The translations under genes and the position numbers were made by a program. The notes beneath the pieces are model-generated. The model was not told the origin of the DNA, made no database searches, and was given only the letters and a program-made list of their open reading frames with translations. A DNA stretch of 64,000 bases, taken from the IMG/VR virus record IMGVR_UViG_3300023063_000001, positions 19,572 to 83,571 of that record. The stretch is one strand, 5' to 3'. Numbering within the stretch: position 1 is the stretch's first letter; each line of letters opens with the position of its first letter. Below are positions 49,096 through 56,907 of this stretch, one piece after another. The stretch comes from a virus.

Positions 49096-49515
49096 TTATT
49101 CGTTTTCTTCATACCCAACTTCACCGAGTTTAGGGGTGTAGTTAAGATTCAATCTAGTGACAGGAACAAGCTTTAGGATTTCCGCAGCGTCTTCTTCCTC
49201 TTCATCGCGTTTGCCTTCAAGACGTAGTTTAGTGAGAGTGGACTCTTCCTGAGAAGCAGCACGGTCTAAGGAAATGATACTAGTTATCACCCACTGACTT
49301 GTTGAAAGTTGTTTAGCATCAACATCCCTACCTTCAACACTATCTTTAATGTTCTCTAGAGCTTTAGGCTCAATTTCACGCAGCTTGGCCGCTGTATCAC
49401 GCAGCTTAGACTTCTGTATGCGAATTTTACTATTTGATTTAGTGTTACGGTTACTACGCTCCCCATCAAACTGTGTTGAGCGTTGTGCTGGACTAGGTGT
49501 CTTTTTGTTAGCCAT
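49096..49515 (-). CDS. Putative terminase small subunit
   Basis: Basic N-terminus (STQF..RSN), helical core, acidic tail; first gene of the packaging-direction cluster. Confidence 0.4.
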   Translation of the reverse strand: MANKKTPSPAQRSTQFDGERSNRNTKSNSKIRIQKSKLRDTAAKLREIEPKALENIKDSVEGRDVDAKQLSTSQWVITSIISLDRAASQEESTLTKLRLEGKRDEEEEDAAEILKLVPVTRLNLNYTPKLGEVGYEENE

Positions 49516-49536
49516 TTTAATTACCTATAATTGTTC

Positions 49537-49755
49537 ATATTTTTAAGGAAGCTCGTAGACAATACGTCTTACAATATTCAATAGAAGGAGAATCCTTAAA
49601 AATATAACTTCCAAAAGAGGAGGGCAATCAGAAGTTATAGGAGGCAAACACGCAGGAGGGAACGTGCGCCTTTAACACAAGACTAGAGGAGAAGGGAGGA
49701 TAGTCTTGTGGATGAAGACAGAGCTTTATGGAGGATTTACTTCTTAGCGCTCATG
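49537..49755 (-). ncRNA. Multi-hairpin RNA with CCUCC-containing loops
   Basis: Four to five stems with anti-SD loops; G.U extensions favour the - strand. Confidence 0.6.
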
Positions 49756-49764
49756 CCGGTGAAT

Positions 49765-50139
49765 CTATTGCTTTGGTCCGACGTATTCTAAAGTAAACAT
49801 ACGATTTCCCATCTCATCAGTAATGGCAGGCAAAATCATTCCTTCACTCTCACCATTATTAATTTTTCTAAGCTGTTCTTTTAGAAGTTTGTAAATAGCC
49901 AGATCTTTTTCTTTTGCTGATTCTTGCATATATTGAATAGGTACATGAAGAACATATGCACCATTACAGTCTTTAAAATCAGTAACAGCTACAGCTTCTT
50001 GTTCTTCATATAACTTAAGTTTTTCATAAAGCTCAATAGCCATACTACGATACATAGGGCCATCATTATGCTGACGAGGGCCTGCGTAGTGTGCAGAAAG
50101 ATGGGCAGCAACAATAGAATGTTTTTCAAAATCAGACAT
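49765..50139 (-). CDS. Stand-alone portal-fragment paralogue (124 aa)
   Basis: About 37/77 identities by eye to the portal segment at 35403-35626; GAGGA RBS. Confidence 0.85.
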   Translation of the reverse strand: MSDFEKHSIVAAHLSAHYAGPRQHNDGPMYRSMAIELYEKLKLYEEQEAVAVTDFKDCNGAYVLHVPIQYMQESAKEKDLAIYKLLKEQLRKINNGESEGMILPAITDEMGNRMFTLEYVGPKQ

Positions 50140-50164
50140 TTTTATTCCTCAAAATTAAAATAAG

Positions 50165-50375
50165 TAAAACAAGAAATCCGGTTTTAGACACACTCCGGCA
50201 AGTGGTTTACAGAGGAAGGCGTACGCATCTATTAGCTAACGAATTTAATCGCTACATCTCTAGAGGAGAACCTTTGCAGGTTCAGCCACTTCCTGATAGA
50301 GAGTGTATTCCTCTATCCGTCTACAGGGTGGAGGGGCCTAATACACAACCAGTCTCCAAATCGTCTTACGCTGTA
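50165..50375 (-). ncRNA. Structured RNA downstream of tRNA-Thr
   Basis: GATAGAG/CTCTATC, GAACCT-GCAA-AGGTTC (GNRA), AGGAAG/CTTCCT closing helix. Confidence 0.45.
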
Positions 50376-50379
50376 AAGA

Positions 50380-50455
50380 TGGTGCCGTCACTAAGATTTG
50401 AACTCAGGACCTACGCATTACAAGTGCGTTGCTCTACCTACTGAGCTATAACGGC
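50380..50455 (-). tRNA. tRNA-Thr(UGU)
   Basis: Cloverleaf, anticodon arm ACGCA-CTTGTAA-TGCGT, GTTCAAA, encoded CCA. Confidence 0.95.
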
Positions 50456-50460
50456 ATATT

Positions 50461-50546
50461 TGGTGGGTGTTGATGGATTCGAACCACCGATGTATCAATG
50501 TACGGATTTACAGTCCGCTGTCTTCGCCACTAGACTAAAAACACCC
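50461..50546 (-). tRNA. tRNA-Tyr(GUA)
   Basis: GCGGA-CTGTAAA-TCCGT, long variable arm, GGTTCGAATCC, CCA. Confidence 0.93.
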
Positions 50547-50551
50547 AAGGA

Positions 50552-50628
50552 TGGCTGGTAGTAGTGGACTCGAACCACTCATCTGTAGATTAACAGTCTA
50601 CGACCCACGCCCGGTGAGATCACTACCA
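50552..50628 (-). tRNA. tRNA-Asn(GUU) with atypical D arm
   Basis: GTAGA-CTGTTAA-TCTAC, GGTTCGAGTCC, acceptor TGGTAGT/ACTACCA, GCCA end. Confidence 0.85.
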
Positions 50629-50722
50629 ATAATTTGAATTAAATACAATACATTTGTTTCTTATTCTATTGATATGCATTCCATACAATACATAAAAGCT
50701 ACTTTTATTTCGCAGTCATACT

Positions 50723-50752
50723 ATTATAGACACATTATTCTAATACTGTCAA
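50723..50752 (-). promoter_or_regulatory. Consensus sigma70 promoter for the tRNA cluster
   Basis: TTGACA-18 nt-TATAAT. Confidence 0.85.
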
Positions 50753-50764
50753 CCATTATTTCAA

Positions 50765-50974
50765 TTAGTTATCATAATCATCTGAATAGATTGTCCAGAA
50801 CTGTGTTTTACCCCTTTCAGTAAGAGATTCAAATGCCCTTTCCCACACAAAGCTTCTACAGCCTTCTTCCAATATCAATACATCTGGAAACTGCTGGTCT
50901 TCTATCAACACTTTCAAACTTTTAAGATCACCTTCAAAAAGAGGTAATACAGAAGTATCTTCGTCCTCTTTCAT
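50765..50974 (-). CDS. Small acidic hypothetical protein
   Basis: AAGGA RBS; TTGACA upstream at 51031-51036. Confidence 0.6.
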   Translation of the reverse strand: MKEDEDTSVLPLFEGDLKSLKVLIEDQQFPDVLILEEGCRSFVWERAFESLTERGKTQFWTIYSDDYDN

Positions 50975-51059
50975 GAGGTTTTTCCTTATTTGGTTTCAAT
51001 GCACATATAATTACATATACATCTATCAGATGTCAAGTGTTAATAGAAAATAATTATAA

Positions 51060-51317
51060 CTAACCAATATTACCCCACCTAGACCTCTTTAAGGCACATG
51101 CGTAATTCCCTTTACTGTCTACAACCAACTCACCAAACGCTTGTGTACAGTTTGTCCAAGCTTTGAGGAAATCCAATTGTTTCTTTTGTTCTTGTATTTG
51201 TGTACGCCACATGTCTAAATCAGCTTGTGTAATTCTAGGCTTTAAAGGCTCTTTTACTATGTAGACAGCGGCACCAATACCAATTACAGCAATAGCTAAT
51301 ATTGTAAATACATTCAT
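51060..51317 (-). CDS. Membrane-anchored small protein
   Basis: N-terminal TM, coiled coil, two Cys. Confidence 0.6.
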   Translation of the reverse strand: MNVFTILAIAVIGIGAAVYIVKEPLKPRITQADLDMWRTQIQEQKKQLDFLKAWTNCTQAFGELVVDSKGNYACALKRSRWGNIG

Positions 51318-51319
51318 AA

Positions 51320-51535
51320 TTATTTCCTAATGTTGTTTACACGATTAATATAATCCTTAAGACCATCTTGTATCTGTTTGTCAAGCATGTTTGAACAGTC
51401 AGAGCGAAGCTTAAGGTTTTCATCTTTTAGCTGACTATACGCCACCCAATGCTCTTGATTGGGATTGTCTTGTCCCCATTTGTAGAACATCACCATGCCA
51501 GCGATGATTAGGGCTGTGTAGATAATTGGTTTCAT
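51320..51535 (-). CDS. Membrane-anchored small protein
   Basis: AGGAG RBS, N-terminal TM. Confidence 0.6.
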   Translation of the reverse strand: MKPIIYTALIIAGMVMFYKWGQDNPNQEHWVAYSQLKDENLKLRSDCSNMLDKQIQDGLKDYINRVNNIRK

Positions 51536-51559
51536 GTGGTTCTCCTATTGTGTGGTTTG

Positions 51560-51588
51560 ATTCTAGCTTAGGAGAGTGCGGGTGTCAA
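51560..51588 (-). promoter_or_regulatory. Sigma70 promoter
   Basis: TTGACA-17 nt-TAGAAT. Confidence 0.8.
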
Positions 51589-51679
51589 GGGTTTATTTTT
51601 AACTCTTGATTGTTAATTTGTTTTCTGATCTTTTGTGCTTTAATCACATCTTCTATGTCTAAATTCATATCTTATCTCC

Positions 51680-52045
51680 TGTGTTATTACTTATCCTTAG
51701 TATCTTATATACTCATTCTGATAGATCTGTGGTAGGAAGGATAGAGAAGTCCCAAGGAATCGCCATACAGAACAAGTCTGCCTAAGACGAAACCTTGGCT
51801 CTATCCTTCACTAAATCAAGCTCATTCTGATGAGTCTGAGGTTAGGCTGCTAGGTTAGCAGAATGGACGGTTCTCATTCCATGCTTTACAGCATGTAGTC
51901 TCTGACGCTATAAGAACCTACGAGATCAGCTTGGGCGAGTCAGATAACCTCTTCATACCCTTTAAGACACAGCCGGTGAGTGAATGCTTTCGCTGACATA
52001 TCTCTCTGTGTCCGTACACCTAATGTCTTTACAGTTAGAAGGTGA
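51680..52045 (-). ncRNA. About 365-nt structured non-coding transcript or leader
   Basis: Own promoter; GACACAG/CTGTGTC, GC-GAAA-GC, CATGCT-GTAA-AGCATG, GAAGGATAGAG/CTCTATCCTTC, CCAAGG/CCTTGG. Confidence 0.5.
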
Positions 52046-52051
52046 AGATCA

Positions 52052-52080
52052 AGTATGGCAGATTAAATTTAATAAGTCAA
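52052..52080 (-). promoter_or_regulatory. Sigma70 promoter (divergent pair, leftward)
   Basis: TTGACT-17 nt-CATACT. Confidence 0.7.
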
Positions 52081-52081
52081 C

Positions 52082-52115
52082 CAAAAATAAATCTAAATCA
52101 AAAATAAATCTAAAT
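52082..52115. repeat. Exact 17-bp tandem duplication between divergent promoters
   Basis: CAAAAATAAATCTAAAT x2. Confidence 0.9.
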
Positions 52116-52121
52116 AACTGC

Positions 52122-52151
52122 TTGCATACCCTACCCACATACTGCTATCAT
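52122..52151 (+). promoter_or_regulatory. Sigma70 promoter (divergent pair, rightward)
   Basis: TTGCAT-18 nt-TATCAT with TG extension. Confidence 0.65.
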
Positions 52152-52190
52152 TCCCTCACTGAATCAAAACACACAAACAGGAGATACACC

Positions 52191-52376
52191 ATGTCAGGCT
52201 TTGCTCACTTCATCTGCTTCATCCTTACCTGTATCACTGGAGGCTTTTTCCTTCCGCTGTGGGTGTTGTTCGCCTTGATCGCAGGTAGCAGCAATCGAAA
52301 GAAAGAGATTCGTAAACGTGACCAAGAACTCAGCTTACTTCGGGAATTGGTGAAAAACACCAAGGGGAATAAATGA
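52191..52376 (+). CDS. Small membrane protein
   Basis: AGGAG RBS before ATG 52191; H..L..ITGG..L.W pattern. Confidence 0.65.
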   Translation: MSGFAHFICFILTCITGGFFLPLWVLFALIAGSSNRKKEIRKRDQELSLLRELVKNTKGNK

Positions 52377-52660
52377 CATACCTAGCCTACTGGATTATCC
52401 TATCCATATGCACCTATTTACTGACCAAAAACACCCTAGAAAAGCTTTTGAAGCCTATAGGTGGTGTGGTAGCATGGTTGGACAAAGGAGCACGTTTAGA
52501 CGGTGATAAATCCCTTGAATTAGTGCCTGATCAATTTAAGATTGCAGTGTGTTGGACATACTTTCTTATCTTGTCTTTGTTTCTATGGCCTGTTGTGCTT
52601 TCGTTCACAGTCTATTACACTTGGTTTCCAGAAAGATTTATACGGAGGGTTGAAGAATGA
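52373..52660 (+). CDS. Two-TM hypothetical protein
   Basis: ATGA overlap; hydrophobic helices. Confidence 0.6.
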   Translation: MTYLAYWIILSICTYLLTKNTLEKLLKPIGGVVAWLDKGARLDGDKSLELVPDQFKIAVCWTYFLILSLFLWPVVLSFTVYYTWFPERFIRRVEE

Positions 52661-54067
52661 GTGATCAAATGGATCAAGCCATAATCCGAATGCCAATACT
52701 CTTGGCAATGGAGAATAATTTATCTAAGATACAGTTTTACAACCGAGCGCAAGCTATTTTGACTGAGCGTGATGAACAAAGAGAAACTATTGAGTTGCTT
52801 CGTTACACCCTAGAACGTGCTCGTAACAAACTCTCAGAAGAGAGGTGTGATCGTATGGCAGATGATATTGACAAGGTGTTGGAAAAGCTATGAATATAGG
52901 GAGAACAGTTACTTTTGAAAATGATTCTATAAATATCAATGGATTTGTAGATGGTGGGAAAGTGATTGTTCTTTCTAAACACAGAAAAGACAAGAAGTTT
53001 ATTATTGAATACTTGAAACCTTTTCCTGAAAATATTACAATAGCCAAGAAGTATTTAGAAGCTTACAACAAAGTTTTCATGTTCTCAGAGGATTGGGAGA
53101 GCTACAATGAGTAAAATTATTCAACTACCGGGAGCACCCACCCTACAAGGGGAAGCTGTCCAATCCATTGTCTACATGCTTGAACAGCTATTGGATCAAG
53201 CCAGAGATGGAAAGATACGTTCATTAGCTGTAGCCTTTGTGGATGATAAGGCTGATGTTAAAACCAATTGGGAGAATGAAGAGAATTTCTTTAAATTGAT
53301 GGGTGCTGTGGCATACCTCAGTCATCGTATGTACAAGGAGGCTAAATGATTAAACTCTCTTTGTTTATGCTTGATCCTGTAAAAGCTCATGCACTATACG
53401 TTAAAGAACGTGAGACAATGGAGTATGAGATGTTTGAGCCTTATGTAAAAGAAATAGCTCGTTTGACAAAGCTTTATGAGAAGGCTACAAAGAAGAGGAA
53501 TAAATTAGATAATGAAGTCAAACAACTGAATAACAAATTGAAGGAGACTAAATGAAACACTTAACTTACGCTTATGCTGCATGGTTTGCACAAGATTTAA
53601 TGGATGCTGTTATTGCCCTTGATTCATTTAAAGACAATAAGAATAATTCTCCTTTTACATGGGAATTGAAACGTTGGAGCTATACGGATTATTCTGAACA
53701 TAGATTCTACAGGAAAACTATCCTGATTGAAGAAGAAGGGAAACAACCTATCCTAAAAGAGTGGTATCACAGAGAAGGGTTGGAATCAATCATTGCTGAA
53801 TTGATTTATGATAATGAGGAGATTTGAATGAAAAAGTCTTTAGCTGATTTGGCGGTTGGATTAAGAGGCAAAACTTTTGATGCTATTTGGAATCCTTATA
53901 AAAATGAACCGCATTTAGGTATTTCTAATTTATGGTATTTCACTATTGAAAGAAACAGAGACAGAGAGCACACGTTCTTTCTGAACATCCCGTTTGAAGA
54001 TGGTAGCTCTGTGCAGTGGAAAATAGATAGCATGACATTTAATAACACTTGGCAGAGGATTTCTTAA
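52657..54067 (+). other. Run of six tightly coupled small hypothetical genes (52657, 52890, 53107, 53346, 53552, 53828)
   Basis: Mostly overlapping stop/start junctions and GGAG-type RBSs. Confidence 0.7.
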
Positions 54068-54466
54068 TTGGATACAACAGAAGATTTCCAAACGCTACAA
54101 ACACAAGTAAGCGAGCTATCAGATATAGCTGAAGCTATTAGAACAGCTTTAGGTAATGTCACAGAAACAACAGATGTTACGTCAGCAGAACAAACGCTTA
54201 CAAATGTAATATCTACATTACAATCTTTTGTGACAACAAACTTAAATGCTATTGGAGGGCAAGATGTAGTGGAGGATTTTATTGCTGAATTGAAAGTACT
54301 GCTGGATAAATATACAGCTTCTATTGCTATTACAGATAGTGAAGGAGGGTATGGTGTTGGTTACGGAGAAGGTGGCACACCTAGTATTACGTTTACAGCT
54401 TCTCTTGATGGGGCTACAGGGAGTAAGACATTTAATGTGAGTAGTTTGGTGGGGAATGATTTGTGA
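54068..54466 (+). CDS. Acidic Thr-rich hypothetical protein
   Basis: GAGGA RBS, TTG start. Confidence 0.6.
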   Translation: MDTTEDFQTLQTQVSELSDIAEAIRTALGNVTETTDVTSAEQTLTNVISTLQSFVTTNLNAIGGQDVVEDFIAELKVLLDKYTASIAITDSEGGYGVGYGEGGTPSITFTASLDGATGSKTFNVSSLVGNDL

Positions 54467-54828
54467 ATATAGATTGCAGTTTACTGCCGAATCCCTACGA
54501 GATTAACATTTGGAATACTAGGCAACAGCTTACAAAAGATATGGTGACAGAGTGCCTCAAGCGTGGTTTAGTTAAACGCTACCCAATCTTTGATTATGAG
54601 GATCACGAGGACGAGTTGTTACATGCTCAAAGAGTTTGCCACTTCATTATGGATAAGTGGAGTGATCCAGTTGATGCGGATGTACAGTTTACACCAGAAG
54701 GCGAGCCTTATATTTGGAATATTGATGGTTGCCACCGCGTCGCTGCTGCTTTGTACATGGAATGGGAAACAATCACTTGTCTTTATAATGAAGTAGTAGA
54801 GCAATATTTAAGGGAGAGAGACTTATGA
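54463..54828 (+). CDS. ParB/Srx-like domain protein
   Basis: DPVD..IDGCHRVAAA. Confidence 0.7.
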   Translation: MNIDCSLLPNPYEINIWNTRQQLTKDMVTECLKRGLVKRYPIFDYEDHEDELLHAQRVCHFIMDKWSDPVDADVQFTPEGEPYIWNIDGCHRVAAALYMEWETITCLYNEVVEQYLRERDL

Positions 54829-55036
54829 GCGAAGATGTTATGGCGTACAGCACTGTTGTTGGTGAGCTTGTCAAGATGGTGCGTGAAGAGATTCCTCAAG
54901 TGTTTGTTAAGTGGGAAGATTACTTAGCTCTGAAAAAGAAAGCAGATGAGATGGAATTTGTTTTAGAAGAATTGTATAAATAAGATTGTAAATTTAAAGG
55001 AAGTGTGTCATATTGATCTTGTTGTACTTTTATTAA

Positions 55037-55882
55037 TTGGTAGCAAGTGAGGTGTACATGGGAAGTCGCGAAAGAGCATTTGTAGTACAAGTTGACGGAC
55101 AAGATGTTGCCGTTCCTCGTAAGCGTGTTCGTAAAGACAAGGTTGGTAAACCTGCTGTCAATCACAAGTATGATGAAGAAAAAGAATTCAACTCAATGCA
55201 CTTCAAGCCAATTGGTGATGCCCAAATACTAGGCGCTCAGTATTTGCAAGAGGGTAGGAAAATTGTAGCACTGCAAGGTCCAGCAGGTGGTGGTAAGAGT
55301 ATTCTTGCTGCTTGGCACGCTGCAAACTTGTTGAAAACTAAATCCATCAGTAAACTATTTCTTGTTCGGCCTTATGAATCTTGCGGACGTACAATAGGTG
55401 CAGTTCCAGGCACGGAAAACGAAAAACTGGCTGTGATATTCACTAGTATTCTTGAACATCTTGCAAAGTTTCTTGGACGTACGCAATTATCCTATCTTCT
55501 TGAAAAGAAAGTAATAGAATTCAAAAGTGTTGAATGGATGCGTGGATATAGTTTTGAAGATGGTTGTTTTGTCTTGTGTGAGGAGTCACAAGGGTTTGAT
55601 ACAGAGCTTATGCAGATGCTTACCACCCGTGTCGGTGATGGTGCTCAGCTTTGTATGACAGGTGACTGGCGGCAAAAAGACATTCGTAAAGAAACAGGTC
55701 TTCGTTATCTGGATGAGTTGGTAACAGCAGTTAATGGAAATCCCCCACCATTCTTGGACGCAGAAGATATTAGGGAAATTCGCGATAACATTGGTTTTGT
55801 GAACTTTACGTTTGAAGACAGCGGGCGTCGTAGTAAGCTAACTAAGGCACTTGTTAAAATGTTTTACTACGAGAAGGGGTAA
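55037..55882 (+). CDS. phoH: PhoH-like ATPase (start may be ATG 55058)
   Basis: GPAGGGKS, RP..GAVPG..EK, MRGYSF, EESQ, TRVG, GD.RQKD. Confidence 0.92.
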   Translation: MVASEVYMGSRERAFVVQVDGQDVAVPRKRVRKDKVGKPAVNHKYDEEKEFNSMHFKPIGDAQILGAQYLQEGRKIVALQGPAGGGKSILAAWHAANLLKTKSISKLFLVRPYESCGRTIGAVPGTENEKLAVIFTSILEHLAKFLGRTQLSYLLEKKVIEFKSVEWMRGYSFEDGCFVLCEESQGFDTELMQMLTTRVGDGAQLCMTGDWRQKDIRKETGLRYLDELVTAVNGNPPPFLDAEDIREIRDNIGFVNFTFEDSGRRSKLTKALVKMFYYEKG

Positions 55883-55885
55883 GTA

Positions 55886-56641
55886 ATGAGTAAAGAAGAT
55901 ATGATTTTCCCGATGATTCAAGATCAATGCCCCGTAATGCATTCCACAATTACAACAAATGTGTTTGATATTATTCTAGATGATAATATTCGTGAGCCCG
56001 CCTACTACCGAGATGCTTTTCAAGTGTTTCGTCAGGCACAACGAGGAGATCGAATCAATTTAATCCTGAATAACTCAGGTGGCCGTCTTGATAGTGCAGT
56101 ATGTTTTGTAAACTTAATGAAAGAAACTGACGCAGAAGTTGTTGCAATCTTGGAAGGCGAGACACATTCAGCCGCATCAATCATAGCACTGAATGCCCAC
56201 GGTATTGAAGTAAAGCCATATGCATCAATGATGATTCATCACGCAAGTTTTGGTTCTGGAGGAACTGTTCAGAATGTAATGGATCATGTGAATTTTACAA
56301 GCAAGCAAACAGAACGTTTGATTCGGGAAACGTATCAATTTTTTCTAACGGAGGCCGAGCTAGACGAAGTGATTCGTAATCGCGAAATCTGGTTGACGGA
56401 CGAGGAGATTGGAGAACGTCTAGATACTATGTTTGAGGCCCGTAAAGAACAAGGCTGTGGTGTAGAGGGTTGTAGTTGCTCGGAGATTACAGAAGAGCTT
56501 GAAGAGGGTGATGGATTTGATCTTGATATGATGATTGAAGAAAAAGTTCAAAAGGCCCTTGAAGTCTACGACAAGAAACAGAAAACTCTTGCAGCCAAAG
56601 CAGCCAAAAAGAAACCTGCGGTGAAATCAGATGAATCCTGA
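55886..56641 (+). CDS. ClpP-like serine protease
   Basis: NNSGG, HSAAS (Ser), MMIHH (His), EIWL. Confidence 0.88.
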   Translation: MSKEDMIFPMIQDQCPVMHSTITTNVFDIILDDNIREPAYYRDAFQVFRQAQRGDRINLILNNSGGRLDSAVCFVNLMKETDAEVVAILEGETHSAASIIALNAHGIEVKPYASMMIHHASFGSGGTVQNVMDHVNFTSKQTERLIRETYQFFLTEAELDEVIRNREIWLTDEEIGERLDTMFEARKEQGCGVEGCSCSEITEELEEGDGFDLDMMIEEKVQKALEVYDKKQKTLAAKAAKKKPAVKSDES

Positions 56642-56846
56642 AGAGTATCTAAGTAGTGTACTTTTAGAGATTATTAAGGAGAATAAAATTCCACTCACTG
56701 AGAGAGGTCTTGCTTTTCTACAGAAAGAAGTGACTAATCGGTTAATCGATAAAGGTTATGAGATAAATATTCAACCTGTCTCGGAACTATCTGGTGAAGA
56801 TCGCAGACAGAGGGCAACACCTAGGATTGAAATTATCCTTAAATAA
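56631..56846 (+). CDS. Stand-alone tail-sheath C-terminal fragment paralogue (71 aa)
   Basis: KIPLTERG..Y.I...VS..S..DR.QR vs sheath KVPYTDAG..YTITVPRVS..QRLQR. Confidence 0.65.
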   Translation: MNPEEYLSSVLLEIIKENKIPLTERGLAFLQKEVTNRLIDKGYEINIQPVSELSGEDRRQRATPRIEIILK

Positions 56847-56907
56847 CCCTTGACCTGAATACGTGCCCTCCTATAAACTGAGGGCACACAAACTAAAGGA
56901 GATACAA

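Noticed and set aside
14908-49546. Numerous + strand ORFs opposite the structural genes (e.g. 33021, 46981, 24840)
   Set aside because: Shadow frames of well-supported - strand genes, with no RBS or motifs.
50202-50444. 80-aa + strand ORF
   Set aside because: Antisense to tRNA-Thr and a structured RNA; no RBS.
51781-51841. Type II hammerhead-like arrangement on the + strand (CCTAAGAC-GAAA ... CTGATGA-GTCTGAGG)
   Set aside because: Only 3 nt (ATT) are available for stem I and there is a C-C mismatch next to the core; competing longer helices and the promoter favour the - strand. A cleavage assay would settle it.
51892-51910. AGCGTCAGAGACTAC on the - strand, similar to the group I intron R/P7 element
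   Set aside because: No downstream TAGTC partner, no P1 and no interrupted gene.
51984-52190. N-terminal extension of ORF 51984..52376
   Set aside because: Spans the divergent promoters; the RBS supports ATG 52191.
53828-54067. GLRGKTFDAIW resembling the pre-Walker B motif of terminases
   Set aside because: No acidic Walker B follows; too short to support homology.
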